This document shows, piece after piece, positions 1 through 9,737 of a DNA stretch of 64,000 nucleotides. Each line of letters begins with the position of its first letter. Position 1 is the stretch's first letter. A program made the translations under genes and the position numbers. The notes under the pieces are model-generated. The model saw only the letters and a program-made list of their open reading frames with translations. It ran no database searches and was not told where the DNA came from. Where the stretch lies: positions 1 to 64,000 of the IMG/VR virus record IMGVR_UViG_3300035670_000110. One strand, 5' to 3'. Source of the stretch: a virus.

Positions 1-656
1 ATGCCGTCAGTATTAAATATTTTACCTATTTCTGGATCTCCCCTATAAATAGGTATTGTGCCCGTAGCAAAGCAGTCTAATATCTTTTCTGTAAAATATC
101 CAGGGTAGTATGCATTTTCATATGCAACAGAGAACATATATCTTTTAAGACCGTCCTCCTTAAATTCTATGGGATGAAATCCATTGCCATATAAATCTAA
201 TTTATTTTTATTCTTAGATAAGAACTCCAGTCTTGATGAATGTCCTTTGCAAAAATTCTTTGCTGAGGTAACCATGGATAAATTTCTAGTTTTTACATAT
301 ATCTTGGGTTTTCTTATCCAAGTGGCGCTGGCAGGAATCCATTTTATTTTTTCGTGCATTTCTACCAGTTCTCTGCTATGGCTAAAAACATAGTTATAAT
401 TATCTATTACGCCTTCATACATATTAGCAAATTTTTCATATATCCAGGGAACTATGCCAGCAGATTCTGTTAGCCAGCCATAATTTTTTTTATCATAAGA
501 TTCACAGGAGAGTATGTGATCGTCAACATAGAACATGATATCTACTTCTGTGTCATCAAAGACCGGGACTAGTTTCTCTGGATGTCTTTCTATTCTAGAA
601 AATATGTCTACTGCATATTCATCATACGTCATTCCAGTAACTTTATATCTAAGCAC
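1..656 (-). CDS. GT10-family (alpha-1,3-fucosyltransferase-like) glycosyltransferase, runs off the window edge
   Basis: Not in the ORF track. Manual translation from GTG at 656 gives LRYKVTG...DLYGNGF...YMFSVAYENAYYPGYFTEKILDCFATGTIPIYRG, the GT10 signature. Confidence 0.85.
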   Translation of the reverse strand, partial: MLRYKVTGMTYDEYAVDIFSRIERHPEKLVPVFDDTEVDIMFYVDDHILSCESYDKKNYGWLTESAGIVPWIYEKFANMYEGVIDNYNYVFSHSRELVEMHEKIKWIPASATWIRKPKIYVKTRNLSMVTSAKNFCKGHSSRLEFLSKNKNKLDLYGNGFHPIEFKEDGLKRYMFSVAYENAYYPGYFTEKILDCFATGTIPIYRGDPEIGKIFNTDG

Positions 657-1482
657 TAAGGACTCCTATTATATTTCCTATATCTGCGTCATCAAAGTAC
701 AGGCTCCTGCAAGGCAATTCCATTCCATAAATAAAAGAATCTTCTTCTTTATTACCTATAGATATCAAAGTTTTTTTCCGGTCATTTAATATTTGTTTTG
801 TATGCATATAACAGAATGGTCCAGAATTTCTTCCTATTAAATATTTGCATTGGCTTGCGATCCAAGAGATTTCATTAAGATCACCATTTTTTGCCTCAAT
901 CAAATTACTAGTATAATGAACTCTGTCATGATTGAATGGGGCGAAGTGGGTAAGAAAAATATGATAATCAGTTTCTTCTAGTATCTGGTTTATTAAAGGA
1001 TTAAGATCTGAAAGAGAAGATTGTCCAGACATCACCGGACCATTAGAAATTATTATTGATTCCCTAGGAATATTTATATCAGGTACATCAAAGTAATCAA
1101 AATTTATTTCCGGTATATAGTATTCTATCGGTCCTAAATCTAAGTTTCTATCTATCTGATCGGAAATAAATTTATATATTTCTTTAAACATAGAGTGGTA
1201 AGTAGGCCAGTTTACTCCTACAGAAGGGTTTAAATAATTTCCAATCCAAGTGTTAACAAAAATCTTATTGCCTTCTATAAAATACTTTATTCTGTCCTGC
1301 ATATTTCCAAGAGGAATCTCTAAAGATACAAAAGATATATTTAGATCATTTAATAATTTTGGGGAATTATAATGCTGGTATATTACATTAAACCCTTTAA
1401 ATTCTTTAATAAGGTCCGCGACATAACCCTTTGATGCAAATATATCACCGTTGTGATAATGGTTATAAAGAACTAAATCCAT
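649..1482 (-). CDS. Putative glycosyltransferase (GT-B/GT9-like)
   Basis: N-terminal HNGDIF motif and C-terminal LIGRNSGPF (GT9-like xSGP motif); lies in the sugar cluster. Confidence 0.55.
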   Translation of the reverse strand: MDLVLYNHYHNGDIFASKGYVADLIKEFKGFNVIYQHYNSPKLLNDLNISFVSLEIPLGNMQDRIKYFIEGNKIFVNTWIGNYLNPSVGVNWPTYHSMFKEIYKFISDQIDRNLDLGPIEYYIPEINFDYFDVPDINIPRESIIISNGPVMSGQSSLSDLNPLINQILEETDYHIFLTHFAPFNHDRVHYTSNLIEAKNGDLNEISWIASQCKYLIGRNSGPFCYMHTKQILNDRKKTLISIGNKEEDSFIYGMELPCRSLYFDDADIGNIIGVLSA

Positions 1483-1484
1483 AA

Positions 1485-1850
1485 TTAATATATCTTTTCT
1501 TCTATTATTCCTGATCCACAGGCTATGTTTATATTTCTTTTTATCTCTGCTCTTGTATCATTATACATATAAACCATTCTTGCTAAAAGAATAAACTGCT
1601 CATTAAAATCTCTTTCCTTTTCGTGCTTTCTGATATCGTCCTCTATGTGCCACAACTTTTTGTTTATATAATAAAGTTGTTGTTTAAAATGTTCTGGGAT
1701 ATCTAGACTATTTGCTATCTCATTAAGAAGTTTAAGTTCTTTGTTAATATTTTCTAACTTGCTTAACGAGTCTGTATATTCCTTTTTAATTTCTAGAATA
1801 GATATTTTATCGTATAACTCCCCTATAGATACGGGAATGCTAACACTCAT
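1485..1850 (-). CDS. DUF6165-like protein
   Basis: VSIGELYDKISILEIK...LWHIEDDIR...ARMVY..ND.RAEIKR.IN...GS.IIEEK.Y pattern, typical of sugar-gene neighbourhoods. Confidence 0.75.
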   Translation of the reverse strand: MSVSIPVSIGELYDKISILEIKKEYTDSLSKLENINKELKLLNEIANSLDIPEHFKQQLYYINKKLWHIEDDIRKHEKERDFNEQFILLARMVYMYNDTRAEIKRNINIACGSGIIEEKIY

Positions 1851-3006
1851 TTAATATTTTCTCCAAAATATTCAAATCTTTATCATTAACATATTGATTA
1901 TTTCCTATATAAAGGCCACGGCTATTTAAAACATCAGCGTTGCTCTCTGACCTTGCAGAGACCATTTCCCTTCCAGACAAGAAGGGGTGTCTAAGAAGAT
2001 TACCAGCAACCACAGGTCTATATTCTATATTATTTTTTCCTAAAAGATTCTCCAATGACATTTTAGTATCCTGGGATTTTGAAATAATTGGAAAGCAGAA
2101 ACTACTGTTCCCTGGATTTTCATATATCGGATAAAATTTGTCTTCGTGACGAGACATTATATCCTTAAAGCCATCAAAGTTCTTTCTTCTTATCTTTATA
2201 GATTCATCTAATTTATTCAACTGGCTGCGCCCAAGTAGTGCTGGTATCTCATGGTTTCTAAAGTTATATCCGTCTGTAATGAATAAAAATTGTGGGGATA
2301 AGTTTGGATATTTGGCAGAATATTCCTTAAAAAATTGTGACTCTCTTGCCATCCCATGACTTCTTTTCATCAACATTAAATCAAACATTTCAGTGTCATT
2401 AGTACTTATCATCCCACCTTCTATGGTGGTCATATGGTGTCCAAAATAAAAACTAAAGGTTGCACCTACAGAATTAGCCCCGACCTTTATACCTTCATCA
2501 TCAACGGCTCCGTGGGATTCGCAGACATCATCTATTATTATGGCATCAGGGAAAACCTCCTTGACCATTTTGTTGTCTGCTGGAAATCCAAGCAGATGCG
2601 TAACAAAAATAGCCTTTATGCCAGGATGATTCCTTGCAGTTTTCTTTAATGCTTCTTCACTAAAAGAAAAGTTTTCTAGATTTATGTCACAGAATACTGG
2701 CTCAAGACCCAACTGTAGAATGGGGGAGACATTTGTTACCCAAGTGCAAGATGGGATAACTACTTTATCTCCTGGCCTCAGTCCGTACTTTTCCATAACA
2801 GCCGCCACTAAAAGAAAGTTGGCCGTGCTACCTGAAGACACAAATAAAGAATGTTTTGACCCAAGCCAGGAATTCCACTCCTTTTCAAATGCGAGGCATT
2901 GCTCTCCTCTTGTAAATTTTTTTGTGGTCAGGGCAAACTTAGCAATCTTAAATCTTTCCGAAAAAGTTACTGTGTCCTTCATCAAAGGCCAACTATATTT
3001 ACTCAT
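1840..3006 (-). CDS. colD: PLP-dependent GDP-4-keto-6-deoxy-D-mannose 3-dehydratase (ColD-like, DegT/DnrJ family)
   Basis: VSSGSTAN, DxCESHGA, SFYFGHHMTTIEGG with His in place of the Schiff-base Lys; lacks the Cys-rich Fe-S motif of E1/RfbH. Start placed at MSKYSW (3006). Confidence 0.75.
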   Translation of the reverse strand: MSKYSWPLMKDTVTFSERFKIAKFALTTKKFTRGEQCLAFEKEWNSWLGSKHSLFVSSGSTANFLLVAAVMEKYGLRPGDKVVIPSCTWVTNVSPILQLGLEPVFCDINLENFSFSEEALKKTARNHPGIKAIFVTHLLGFPADNKMVKEVFPDAIIIDDVCESHGAVDDEGIKVGANSVGATFSFYFGHHMTTIEGGMISTNDTEMFDLMLMKRSHGMARESQFFKEYSAKYPNLSPQFLFITDGYNFRNHEIPALLGRSQLNKLDESIKIRRKNFDGFKDIMSRHEDKFYPIYENPGNSSFCFPIISKSQDTKMSLENLLGKNNIEYRPVVAGNLLRHPFLSGREMVSARSESNADVLNSRGLYIGNNQYVNDKDLNILEKILNEC

Positions 3007-3928
3007 TATTCTCCAAGAACCATCCGTATGTATCATCTATACCAAATTCTAAATCTATGGACGGACTCCATCCAAGGTTTGTTAGTTTTGAAACATCTAA
3101 CTTTCTTCTAGGAGTTCCATTAGGCATATTTGTGTCCCATGTAATTTTACCAGTATATCCTATGACCTTGGAAACTATTTCGGACAATTCTTTAATTGAG
3201 TACTCTCTGCCAGATCCAACATTTATGTGATCCGGGCTGTCATAGTTATTCATCAAGAATACCAAAGCATCGGCTAGATCATCTACATGCAAAAACTCTC
3301 TTGTCGGGGAGCCATCTCCAAATAGCACAACCTCATCTTTTCCACTTACTTTTGCCTCATAAAACTTTCTTATCATAGCAGGTATGACGTGGCACTCATT
3401 TAAATTAAAATTATCATTAACACCATAAAGATTTGCTGGCATGACTGAAATAGCATTAAATCCATATTGATAGTTATATTTTTTACACATGGTAAGTCCT
3501 GCTATCTTGGCAATTGCATACCCTTCGTTAGTTTCCTCTAGCGGCGCAGTCATAAGGTAATCCTCTTTAATTGGTTGTGGGGTTACCTTTGGGTAGATGC
3601 ACGCCGATCCAAGGAAAAGAAGTTTCTTGGTACCACTTTCCCATGCTGAATGGATGACATTATTTTGAATTGCTATATTGTCATGAATGAATTCTGCGGG
3701 GTACATTTTATTATAGTTAATTCCACCCACTTTGGCTGCTGCTAGAAAAACATACTCTGGTTTTTGTATATTAAAGAATCTTTTTACCTCCAACTGATTT
3801 GTTAAATCAAGCCTGTTCTTATCTACAGTAATGATATTCCTATAACCCATTGAATTAAGTCTTCTTATTAGCGCAGATCCTACTAGTCCATTATGACCAG
3901 CAACATATATCGATGAATTATATTCCAT
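2999..3928 (-). CDS. fcl: GDP-L-fucose synthase / GDP-colitose synthase (epimerase-reductase, Fcl/ColC)
   Basis: [53 protein letters not shown]. Confidence 0.93.
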   Translation of the reverse strand: MEYNSSIYVAGHNGLVGSALIRRLNSMGYRNIITVDKNRLDLTNQLEVKRFFNIQKPEYVFLAAAKVGGINYNKMYPAEFIHDNIAIQNNVIHSAWESGTKKLLFLGSACIYPKVTPQPIKEDYLMTAPLEETNEGYAIAKIAGLTMCKKYNYQYGFNAISVMPANLYGVNDNFNLNECHVIPAMIRKFYEAKVSGKDEVVLFGDGSPTREFLHVDDLADALVFLMNNYDSPDHINVGSGREYSIKELSEIVSKVIGYTGKITWDTNMPNGTPRRKLDVSKLTNLGWSPSIDLEFGIDDTYGWFLENNE

Positions 3929-4925
3929 TTTTACACATATCCTCTACTAGATCATCAAAAGAGTACTCTGGACTCCAGCCCAAATCTCTCTTAGCCTTTG
4001 AAGGATCTCCTATTAGCCTGTCCACCTCCGCTGGCCTAAAATATATTGGGTCTACAACCACGACCTTTTTACCAGTATTTTTGTCATAACCATACTCATT
4101 TACGCCTTCGCCTCTCCATTCTATTTCCATATTAAAGTAAGGGGCGCATCTTTCTACAAAATCCTTTACAGTATATTCTGTTCCAGTAGCAATAACATAA
4201 TCATCTGGGACTGGCTGCTGCATCATTAACCACATTGCTTTAACATAATCTTTTGCGTGCCCCCAATCTCTTAACGCATTTAGATTCCCCAGTCTAAGAA
4301 CATCCTGTCTTCCCTGAGAGATAGCGTTGAGACCTAATACAATCTTTCTAGTAACAAAAGTCTCTCCTCTTCTGGGAGACTCATGGTTAAACAAAATTCC
4401 GTTGCAGGCAAACATATCATAGGCTTCTCTATAGTTCTTTGTTATCCAAAAAGCATAAAGTTTTGCTACACCATAAGGAGATCTTGGATAGAAAGGAGTT
4501 GTTTCTGATTGAGGTATTTCTTGTACCAGTCCATATAGTTCTGACGTAGCCGCCTGGTAAAACTTAGTCTTGTTTGTTAGCCCTAATAATCGTATTGCCT
4601 CTAGCAATCTTAATGTGCCAAGAGCATCAGAGTTCGCAGTATTTTCAGGAGTTTCAAAGGACACCTGAACATGGGACTGTGCCCCCAAGTTATAAATTTC
4701 GTCCGGTCTAATTTCATCAACGAGTTTAACCATAGATAAAGAGTCTGTTAAGTCTCCGTAATGCAATTTAAGATTTGGGTTATTGTATAAATGATCTATT
4801 CTTTGCGTATTAATAGAAGAAGATCTTCTTTTAATACCATGGACCTCATAGCCCTTTTCCAATATCAGTTCGGCAAGATATGATCCATCCTGTCCAGTTA
4901 TTCCAGTAACTAAAGCCTTTTTCAT
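3918..4925 (-). CDS. gmd: GDP-mannose 4,6-dehydratase
   Basis: [57 protein letters not shown]. Confidence 0.97.
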   Translation of the reverse strand: MKKALVTGITGQDGSYLAELILEKGYEVHGIKRRSSSINTQRIDHLYNNPNLKLHYGDLTDSLSMVKLVDEIRPDEIYNLGAQSHVQVSFETPENTANSDALGTLRLLEAIRLLGLTNKTKFYQAATSELYGLVQEIPQSETTPFYPRSPYGVAKLYAFWITKNYREAYDMFACNGILFNHESPRRGETFVTRKIVLGLNAISQGRQDVLRLGNLNALRDWGHAKDYVKAMWLMMQQPVPDDYVIATGTEYTVKDFVERCAPYFNMEIEWRGEGVNEYGYDKNTGKKVVVVDPIYFRPAEVDRLIGDPSKAKRDLGWSPEYSFDDLVEDMCKNGI

Positions 4926-4931
4926 TTTACC

Positions 4932-5663
4932 TCAATCCATGTATATCCAGTTAGGGTTTCTATGGACAAGATGTATCTCTTCGTGATATGTCCTGTCCTG
5001 CCCCTGCATTCTTCTTTCATAGCAATATATTTCATTATCTATACAATACTTATCTACAAGATAGGAAACTGATGTCCCTACTGTATGAACTTGCTTCGCA
5101 TTCTCCAAAGCACTTATCCAATCAAAAAGGGTAAACCCGTTTGATTTATCTTCTGTATACGACATTCTCTTAATGGGAACATCCGATTCTATCACTATCT
5201 CTTTATAATTTGAATTGGGAGGCTGATGATAATAATTATTTACTATAATATAGTCTCCATGCAGTTCGTACTTATCAATTAATTCTTTTTCTTTATCTAA
5301 CTTTCTTTTTATCTCAAAGCCTTTTCTCCAGTCTCCTGCTGGAGTATTTGTATAAAAATATTTTGCAATCATAGGGCCGGTTCTTGCATAACAGTCTGAA
5401 TATGTGAGAGGTATGTATATATCCTCACCTTCTTTCGCCGCTAACTCATGGCCAAGATACTTTCTCATGGGAAAGTCGTCGGACTCTCTTACCCAAATTA
5501 GTCCGTCAGTTTTTATATATTCTTTTACCAGTTCAAAGTAAAAATCATTAACAGGATAGTAGACCGTGTATCCATCTTCTATATACTTATTAACTATCGG
5601 TTGCACCCAAATTATATCTCCAAGACCTATTGGCTGGAATATCAAACAATTTTTATTTTTCAT
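4932..5663 (-). CDS. Putative glycosyltransferase (GT9-like N-terminus), paralog A
   Basis: CLIFQPIGLGDII motif; paralog of the adjacent gene; start placed at MKNKNCLI. Confidence 0.55.
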   Translation of the reverse strand: MKNKNCLIFQPIGLGDIIWVQPIVNKYIEDGYTVYYPVNDFYFELVKEYIKTDGLIWVRESDDFPMRKYLGHELAAKEGEDIYIPLTYSDCYARTGPMIAKYFYTNTPAGDWRKGFEIKRKLDKEKELIDKYELHGDYIIVNNYYHQPPNSNYKEIVIESDVPIKRMSYTEDKSNGFTLFDWISALENAKQVHTVGTSVSYLVDKYCIDNEIYCYERRMQGQDRTYHEEIHLVHRNPNWIYMD

Positions 5664-6412
5664 CGTAGAATCCAATTTGGGTTTCTGAATACCCATCCGA
5701 TAGACTGATGATAATCATATCCAGAATTTGGATCATTCATTATTTGTCTTTCATATAAATATATTTTATTTCTATTGCAATATCTATCTACTAGATATGC
5801 GAATGCGCTATGAACCACATGAACTTCTTTAGCATTTTGCATAGCAAGTATCCAGTCAAATATGTGAAATCCGTTCTGAATATCTTTCTCTACATACATA
5901 TAGTGTATAGGCAAGTCAGACTGCACTTCTATTTTTACTTTATGAGTAAAGGAAAATATGTCATTTACTAAAATATAATCACCTTTTAAATTATATTCTT
6001 CAATTAAACTTTTTTCTCTTTTTAGATTTCTATTAATATTTACTTTTCTTCTAAAGTCTCCGAACTCAATTCCAAGTTTTTCTTTAGCCCAAAAATGCCT
6101 ACTTGACATGCTGTATGTTGGCATTTTAATTGCATCTGCCTCTGGCATCAGTGCTAGATATTTGTCTCCATTAGGAAAATCAATGCTTTCTTTTTGTTTA
6201 TAAAATTCTGCCATTGGATAATTACCATCTTCTGGGCACCAAACCAGTCCATCCATTTTTAGATATTCGTTAAGAAGTTCATGGTTTGCTGTTACTGGCC
6301 AATAGACTGTATAACCATCATCTATTAATTTTTGTGCAACACTATATGTATATATTAAATCCCCTAGGCAGCAGTGGTGATATATTAAACAGTTTTTTGT
6401 TAATTTTTCCAT
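5660..6412 (-). CDS. Putative glycosyltransferase, paralog B
   Basis: CLIYHHCCLGDLI; shares DGYTVY.PV, GDYI.VN, FDWI.A..NAK.VH.V, YLVD.YC and RNPNWI with paralog A. Confidence 0.55.
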   Translation of the reverse strand: MEKLTKNCLIYHHCCLGDLIYTYSVAQKLIDDGYTVYWPVTANHELLNEYLKMDGLVWCPEDGNYPMAEFYKQKESIDFPNGDKYLALMPEADAIKMPTYSMSSRHFWAKEKLGIEFGDFRRKVNINRNLKREKSLIEEYNLKGDYILVNDIFSFTHKVKIEVQSDLPIHYMYVEKDIQNGFHIFDWILAMQNAKEVHVVHSAFAYLVDRYCNRNKIYLYERQIMNDPNSGYDYHQSIGWVFRNPNWILR

Positions 6413-6582
6413 AGCCCCTCTATTATACAGTCGATGCAATAAAAGTCCGATAAATTATTATAAGCCTCGTCCGTTAAAAGATATCTCAACGGGCTGTTAT
6501 CTGCTGACTCATTAAAACAATATAGGTTACTGCAGTAATATTCTTGAGGCTGTTTATATTTAACGGGATCTTTTTTAAACAT
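6400..6582 (-). CDS. Small Cys-containing hypothetical protein
   Basis: CSNLYC...CIDC; packed between neighbours. Confidence 0.5.
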   Translation of the reverse strand: MFKKDPVKYKQPQEYYCSNLYCFNESADNSPLRYLLTDEAYNNLSDFYCIDCIIEGLWKN

Positions 6583-7589
6583 TATTTGGCCCCGTGAGGT
6601 ACATTCTCTGACACACTGTTTGCAGAAATTCTTCTAACATCTGCAAACATCCACAAGTCTGATAATCTTTTTACACCAGAATATGAACAACCACTTCTTA
6701 TACCGCCAGAAATAGATTCTAGGATTGCTCCAACAGGACCCTTCATTGGTATTGTTGTCTCTGCCCCCTCTACAACAGACACATACCCCCTTGTATCATT
6801 CTGTGCTGATCGTGACGCCATTCCTCTAAAAATCTTTTTATCTCCAATTATTTCTCCCGGAGATTCATTAGTTCCGGCAAGCATAGACCCAACCATAACA
6901 AAGTCTGCTCCAAGAGCAAACGCCTTAACCATATCCCCAGAGTTTCTGATTCCTCCGTCAGCAACCACTGCACAGTTAACCTTATTAGAGGCCCTTGCAG
7001 TTTCTACTTCAATAATAGATTGTAGTGTCGGAAGACCGTGCCCAGTAACGATTCTGGTCGTACACATAGATCCTCCTCCAATACCAACCCTAACGCTATT
7101 AGCGCCTGCCTCTGCAAGATCTAGAAACCCCTCTCCGGTAGAAACATTTCCAGCCATTATATGAGTATCAAACTCATTAGAGAGTATTCTAACTGCTTCA
7201 ATGGTCCTAGCGTTATGTCCATTTGCAACATCGACACATATCCCTGAGGCACCAGCATCTATTATCCTTTTAGCATCTAAAATCATGTCTCCGTTAATTC
7301 CCACGGACCCGAAAACATTTTTGTATCCTCTATCAGATACGTTTTTTATCATAGATACTTGGTTGTCTAAACTTTGATGCCTATGGATTACTCCAAGGCC
7401 TCCTCTTTCTGCCATAGCAATTGCCATTTTATCACCACAAACAGTGTCCATTGGAGCAGCAATGACAGGCAGATCTAATCTAAGTCCACCAGCGTACATT
7501 GATATATTTATTTCTCTTCTAGATTCTATTTTGCTATGCTGAGGAACAAGGAGTATGTCGTCAAAGCATATAGACTCACTGTGATTCAT
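6582..7589 (-). CDS. IMP dehydrogenase / GMP reductase family protein (no CBS domains)
   Basis: FDDILLVP, APMDTV, GGLGVIHR, DVANGH, RVGIGGGSMCTTR (catalytic Cys), ADGGI, GSMLAG, FRGMAS. Confidence 0.92.
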   Translation of the reverse strand: MNHSESICFDDILLVPQHSKIESRREINISMYAGGLRLDLPVIAAPMDTVCGDKMAIAMAERGGLGVIHRHQSLDNQVSMIKNVSDRGYKNVFGSVGINGDMILDAKRIIDAGASGICVDVANGHNARTIEAVRILSNEFDTHIMAGNVSTGEGFLDLAEAGANSVRVGIGGGSMCTTRIVTGHGLPTLQSIIEVETARASNKVNCAVVADGGIRNSGDMVKAFALGADFVMVGSMLAGTNESPGEIIGDKKIFRGMASRSAQNDTRGYVSVVEGAETTIPMKGPVGAILESISGGIRSGCSYSGVKRLSDLWMFADVRRISANSVSENVPHGAK

Positions 7590-7746
7590 AATCAATACCC
7601 AATTCTTTTAATTCAATAAGATCTTCATTCTCAATTATTTCTTCATGTATCATTCCATCCTTAAAAAAGGATACTAAAGAAAATGCAACATGCCTTTGAA
7701 TTACCTCCCCCCAGCATCTTTCACTTTCTATCCACACTATTCCCAT
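7576..7746 (-). CDS. Hypothetical protein (56 aa)
   Basis: Manual ORF MGIVWIESERCWGEV...GIDYESQ fills the gap and overlaps both neighbours. Confidence 0.6.
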   Translation of the reverse strand: MGIVWIESERCWGEVIQRHVAFSLVSFFKDGMIHEEIIENEDLIELKELGIDYESQ

Positions 7747-7991
7747 CAGATGCTCCTCGGCGGGTCGCCAGGTGCTCCTTGAAAATCACATTTTATTCCA
7801 AAATCATTAACTATCTTTTTTAATTTAAAGAGATATTCCATTACCATCATTTGTTTTTCATTAGACAGAGCCATAATTTCATTTTCATATACCCTGAAGG
7901 CAATAAATCCAGGCATTTCTACAATATCTACAATAATATTATATGGAGCCTTGTTTTGCTTTATTGCTTTGTATATCGCTGGATCAATCAT
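7746..7991 (-). CDS. Hypothetical phage protein
   Basis: ORF in a tightly packed operon. Confidence 0.65.
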   Translation of the reverse strand: MIDPAIYKAIKQNKAPYNIIVDIVEMPGFIAFRVYENEIMALSNEKQMMVMEYLFKLKKIVNDFGIKCDFQGAPGDPPRSI

Positions 7992-8265
7992 TATCTTCTC
8001 CGTCTTTTATAAGATTAAGAACTCTTGTCCATACCTCATTACTTTTGTGAGAGTTTCTTACATTATCTAACTTTCCTTCATTTAAGAATATTCCACCCCA
8101 TACACCGTAAGATTCTGTTTTAACACCTGACTCAAAGCACTCTTTAATTACGGGACAGGATAAACACATTCTATCAATTTCTTTTGCTATCTCAGAATCG
8201 TTCTCATACTTGTCAAAGTATCTTTCAGTGTCTGTTCCGGCGCACAGCGCTTCACTCATCCACAT
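7984..8265 (-). CDS. whiB: WhiB-family Fe-S transcription regulator
   Basis: C-x22-CxxC-x5-C pattern (ALCAG...CLSCPVIKEC) and YGVWGG turn. Confidence 0.92.
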   Translation of the reverse strand: MWMSEALCAGTDTERYFDKYENDSEIAKEIDRMCLSCPVIKECFESGVKTESYGVWGGIFLNEGKLDNVRNSHKSNEVWTRVLNLIKDGEDND

Positions 8266-8470
8266 ATTTTACAGGAACTTTCCAGCCATTAATTCCGGGG
8301 AAATACCTTTTTACTGTGCCCCAACGACCATTACGAAACATTCCATTCTTCTTGTAGAATGCATCTCTAGATGGCTTCCAATCCATTATAGTCCAGCCAT
8401 CCCAAAATAAATTTGATTGCTCATCTACTATTTTATGAGCGGTATCATAGTCAATAAATTTGCTATCCAT
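8252..8470 (-). CDS. Conserved phage hypothetical protein (Trp-rich)
   Basis: LFWDGWTI...GMFRNGRWG...GWKVP. Confidence 0.7.
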   Translation of the reverse strand: MDSKFIDYDTAHKIVDEQSNLFWDGWTIMDWKPSRDAFYKKNGMFRNGRWGTVKRYFPGINGWKVPVKYVDE

Positions 8471-8796
8471 TATTCCTCACTTGTTGTATATACAATTTTT
8501 TTTATTCCATTAGATATTATGGAATCATAACATCTATCGCATGGACGACTATCCCTAGCCTGACCACGCCTATTTACTCTTGCAATATAAATTGTAGATC
8601 CATTAACATCTTTAGCCTTTTTAATAGCATCTATTTCTGCATGTACAGAGCAATCTGTTTTTATATGTTCCTTAGAAACTTTTGTAGGATGATTTCTTTC
8701 TTTATTATAACCAGTACTAAGAACTCTTCCGCCCTTAACAATTACAGAGCCATGCTTCATTCTACAAGATGATTGTGACGCCATATATAAAGCCAC
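8470..8796 (-). CDS. Cytidine/deoxycytidylate deaminase-family protein
   Basis: HAEIDA and PCDRC zinc motifs, HGSVIVKGGRVLSTGYN; true start uncertain because the frame is open further upstream. Confidence 0.88.
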   Translation of the reverse strand: MALYMASQSSCRMKHGSVIVKGGRVLSTGYNKERNHPTKVSKEHIKTDCSVHAEIDAIKKAKDVNGSTIYIARVNRRGQARDSRPCDRCYDSIISNGIKKIVYTTSEE

Positions 8797-8863
8797 TGAA
8801 AGATATGCCTGGTCGCGCTTAGATATGGCGACCTGCTCCTTTGATGTACCGCATTATATTCTC

Positions 8864-9235
8864 CTATACCTTATAGATACTGACGGGGGTATTGTTTTTT
8901 TCTGCCTCAGAGATGACCACATCAAAAATTTCTGAGCGATCATTCTTTGTTGATAAATATACTACAGTATCAATGTCATAATTGTCAAAGTTTTCTTCAA
9001 ATTCTTTTTTAAGAACTCTATAAAATCTTGACCTAATTCCCTTTTGCTTAAAGAAATTTTCCGTTTTATTAACGAACTCAGCGGTGAATTGATTGATTTT
9101 ATATGGACCAGCAGTATAAATTTCTAATTTGTTATCGTTGGACTGAGAAACAATATTATCAATCGCTACAACGACAGCCCTGGTATAAGTATCATAATCA
9201 GAAAATTTAGTATTTCCATAAACAAGGATTTTCAT
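8864..9235 (-). CDS. SLOG/YspA-like (DUF2493-like) protein
   Basis: MKILVYGNTKFSDY N-terminus with GGAG RBS upstream; Rossmannoid pattern. Confidence 0.5.
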   Translation of the reverse strand: MKILVYGNTKFSDYDTYTRAVVVAIDNIVSQSNDNKLEIYTAGPYKINQFTAEFVNKTENFFKQKGIRSRFYRVLKKEFEENFDNYDIDTVVYLSTKNDRSEIFDVVISEAEKNNTPVSIYKV

Positions 9236-9248
9236 TTTTTCTCCGTAG

Positions 9249-9737
9249 TTAGTAGATATCTGGAAACTCTCCGTCAATAATCCATTCGTTAGTATTTATT
9301 TTTACTAACTCTATGCTGGTCCACTGAGCGGTTAAATAATTTTGGTCTGCAGAATTTAGTATAACTCCTGACTCTTCTATAAATTGTACACTACCTGCAC
9401 CACTTCTTACAACCTTTATTGAAGATCCTATATCTATATTTTCTGTATTATTATTTGGAATAATAATATTAACTGCGGAGGCAGAATTAGCAAGTAATAT
9501 TGAATTCTGATCGCTATTTAAAATCATATATGAAAACGATGAACTAGAGTCTGTTATTGAATCTACTTTTCTTGCATAAGAAAACTCTAAGTTACTTTCA
9601 TTAATTAAGTTTACCCAGGAACCAGAATATGCCATCCTAATAGTATTGTCTACATTATTAAAATATATTTCTCCATCTTCAAACAACTCAGGGTTGTCAG
9701 ATAAATTGACTACTTTTAGGGTGGAAACTAGTCTCAC
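9249..9737 (-). CDS. Virion/tail-fibre-type beta-rich domain protein
   Basis: GEIYFN..DN module plus IIPNN...IGSSIKVVRSGAGSVQF...ELVKINTNEWIIDG, a common phage fibre C-terminal module. Confidence 0.55.
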   Translation of the reverse strand: MRLVSTLKVVNLSDNPELFEDGEIYFNNVDNTIRMAYSGSWVNLINESNLEFSYARKVDSITDSSSSFSYMILNSDQNSILLANSASAVNIIIPNNNTENIDIGSSIKVVRSGAGSVQFIEESGVILNSADQNYLTAQWTSIELVKINTNEWIIDGEFPDIY

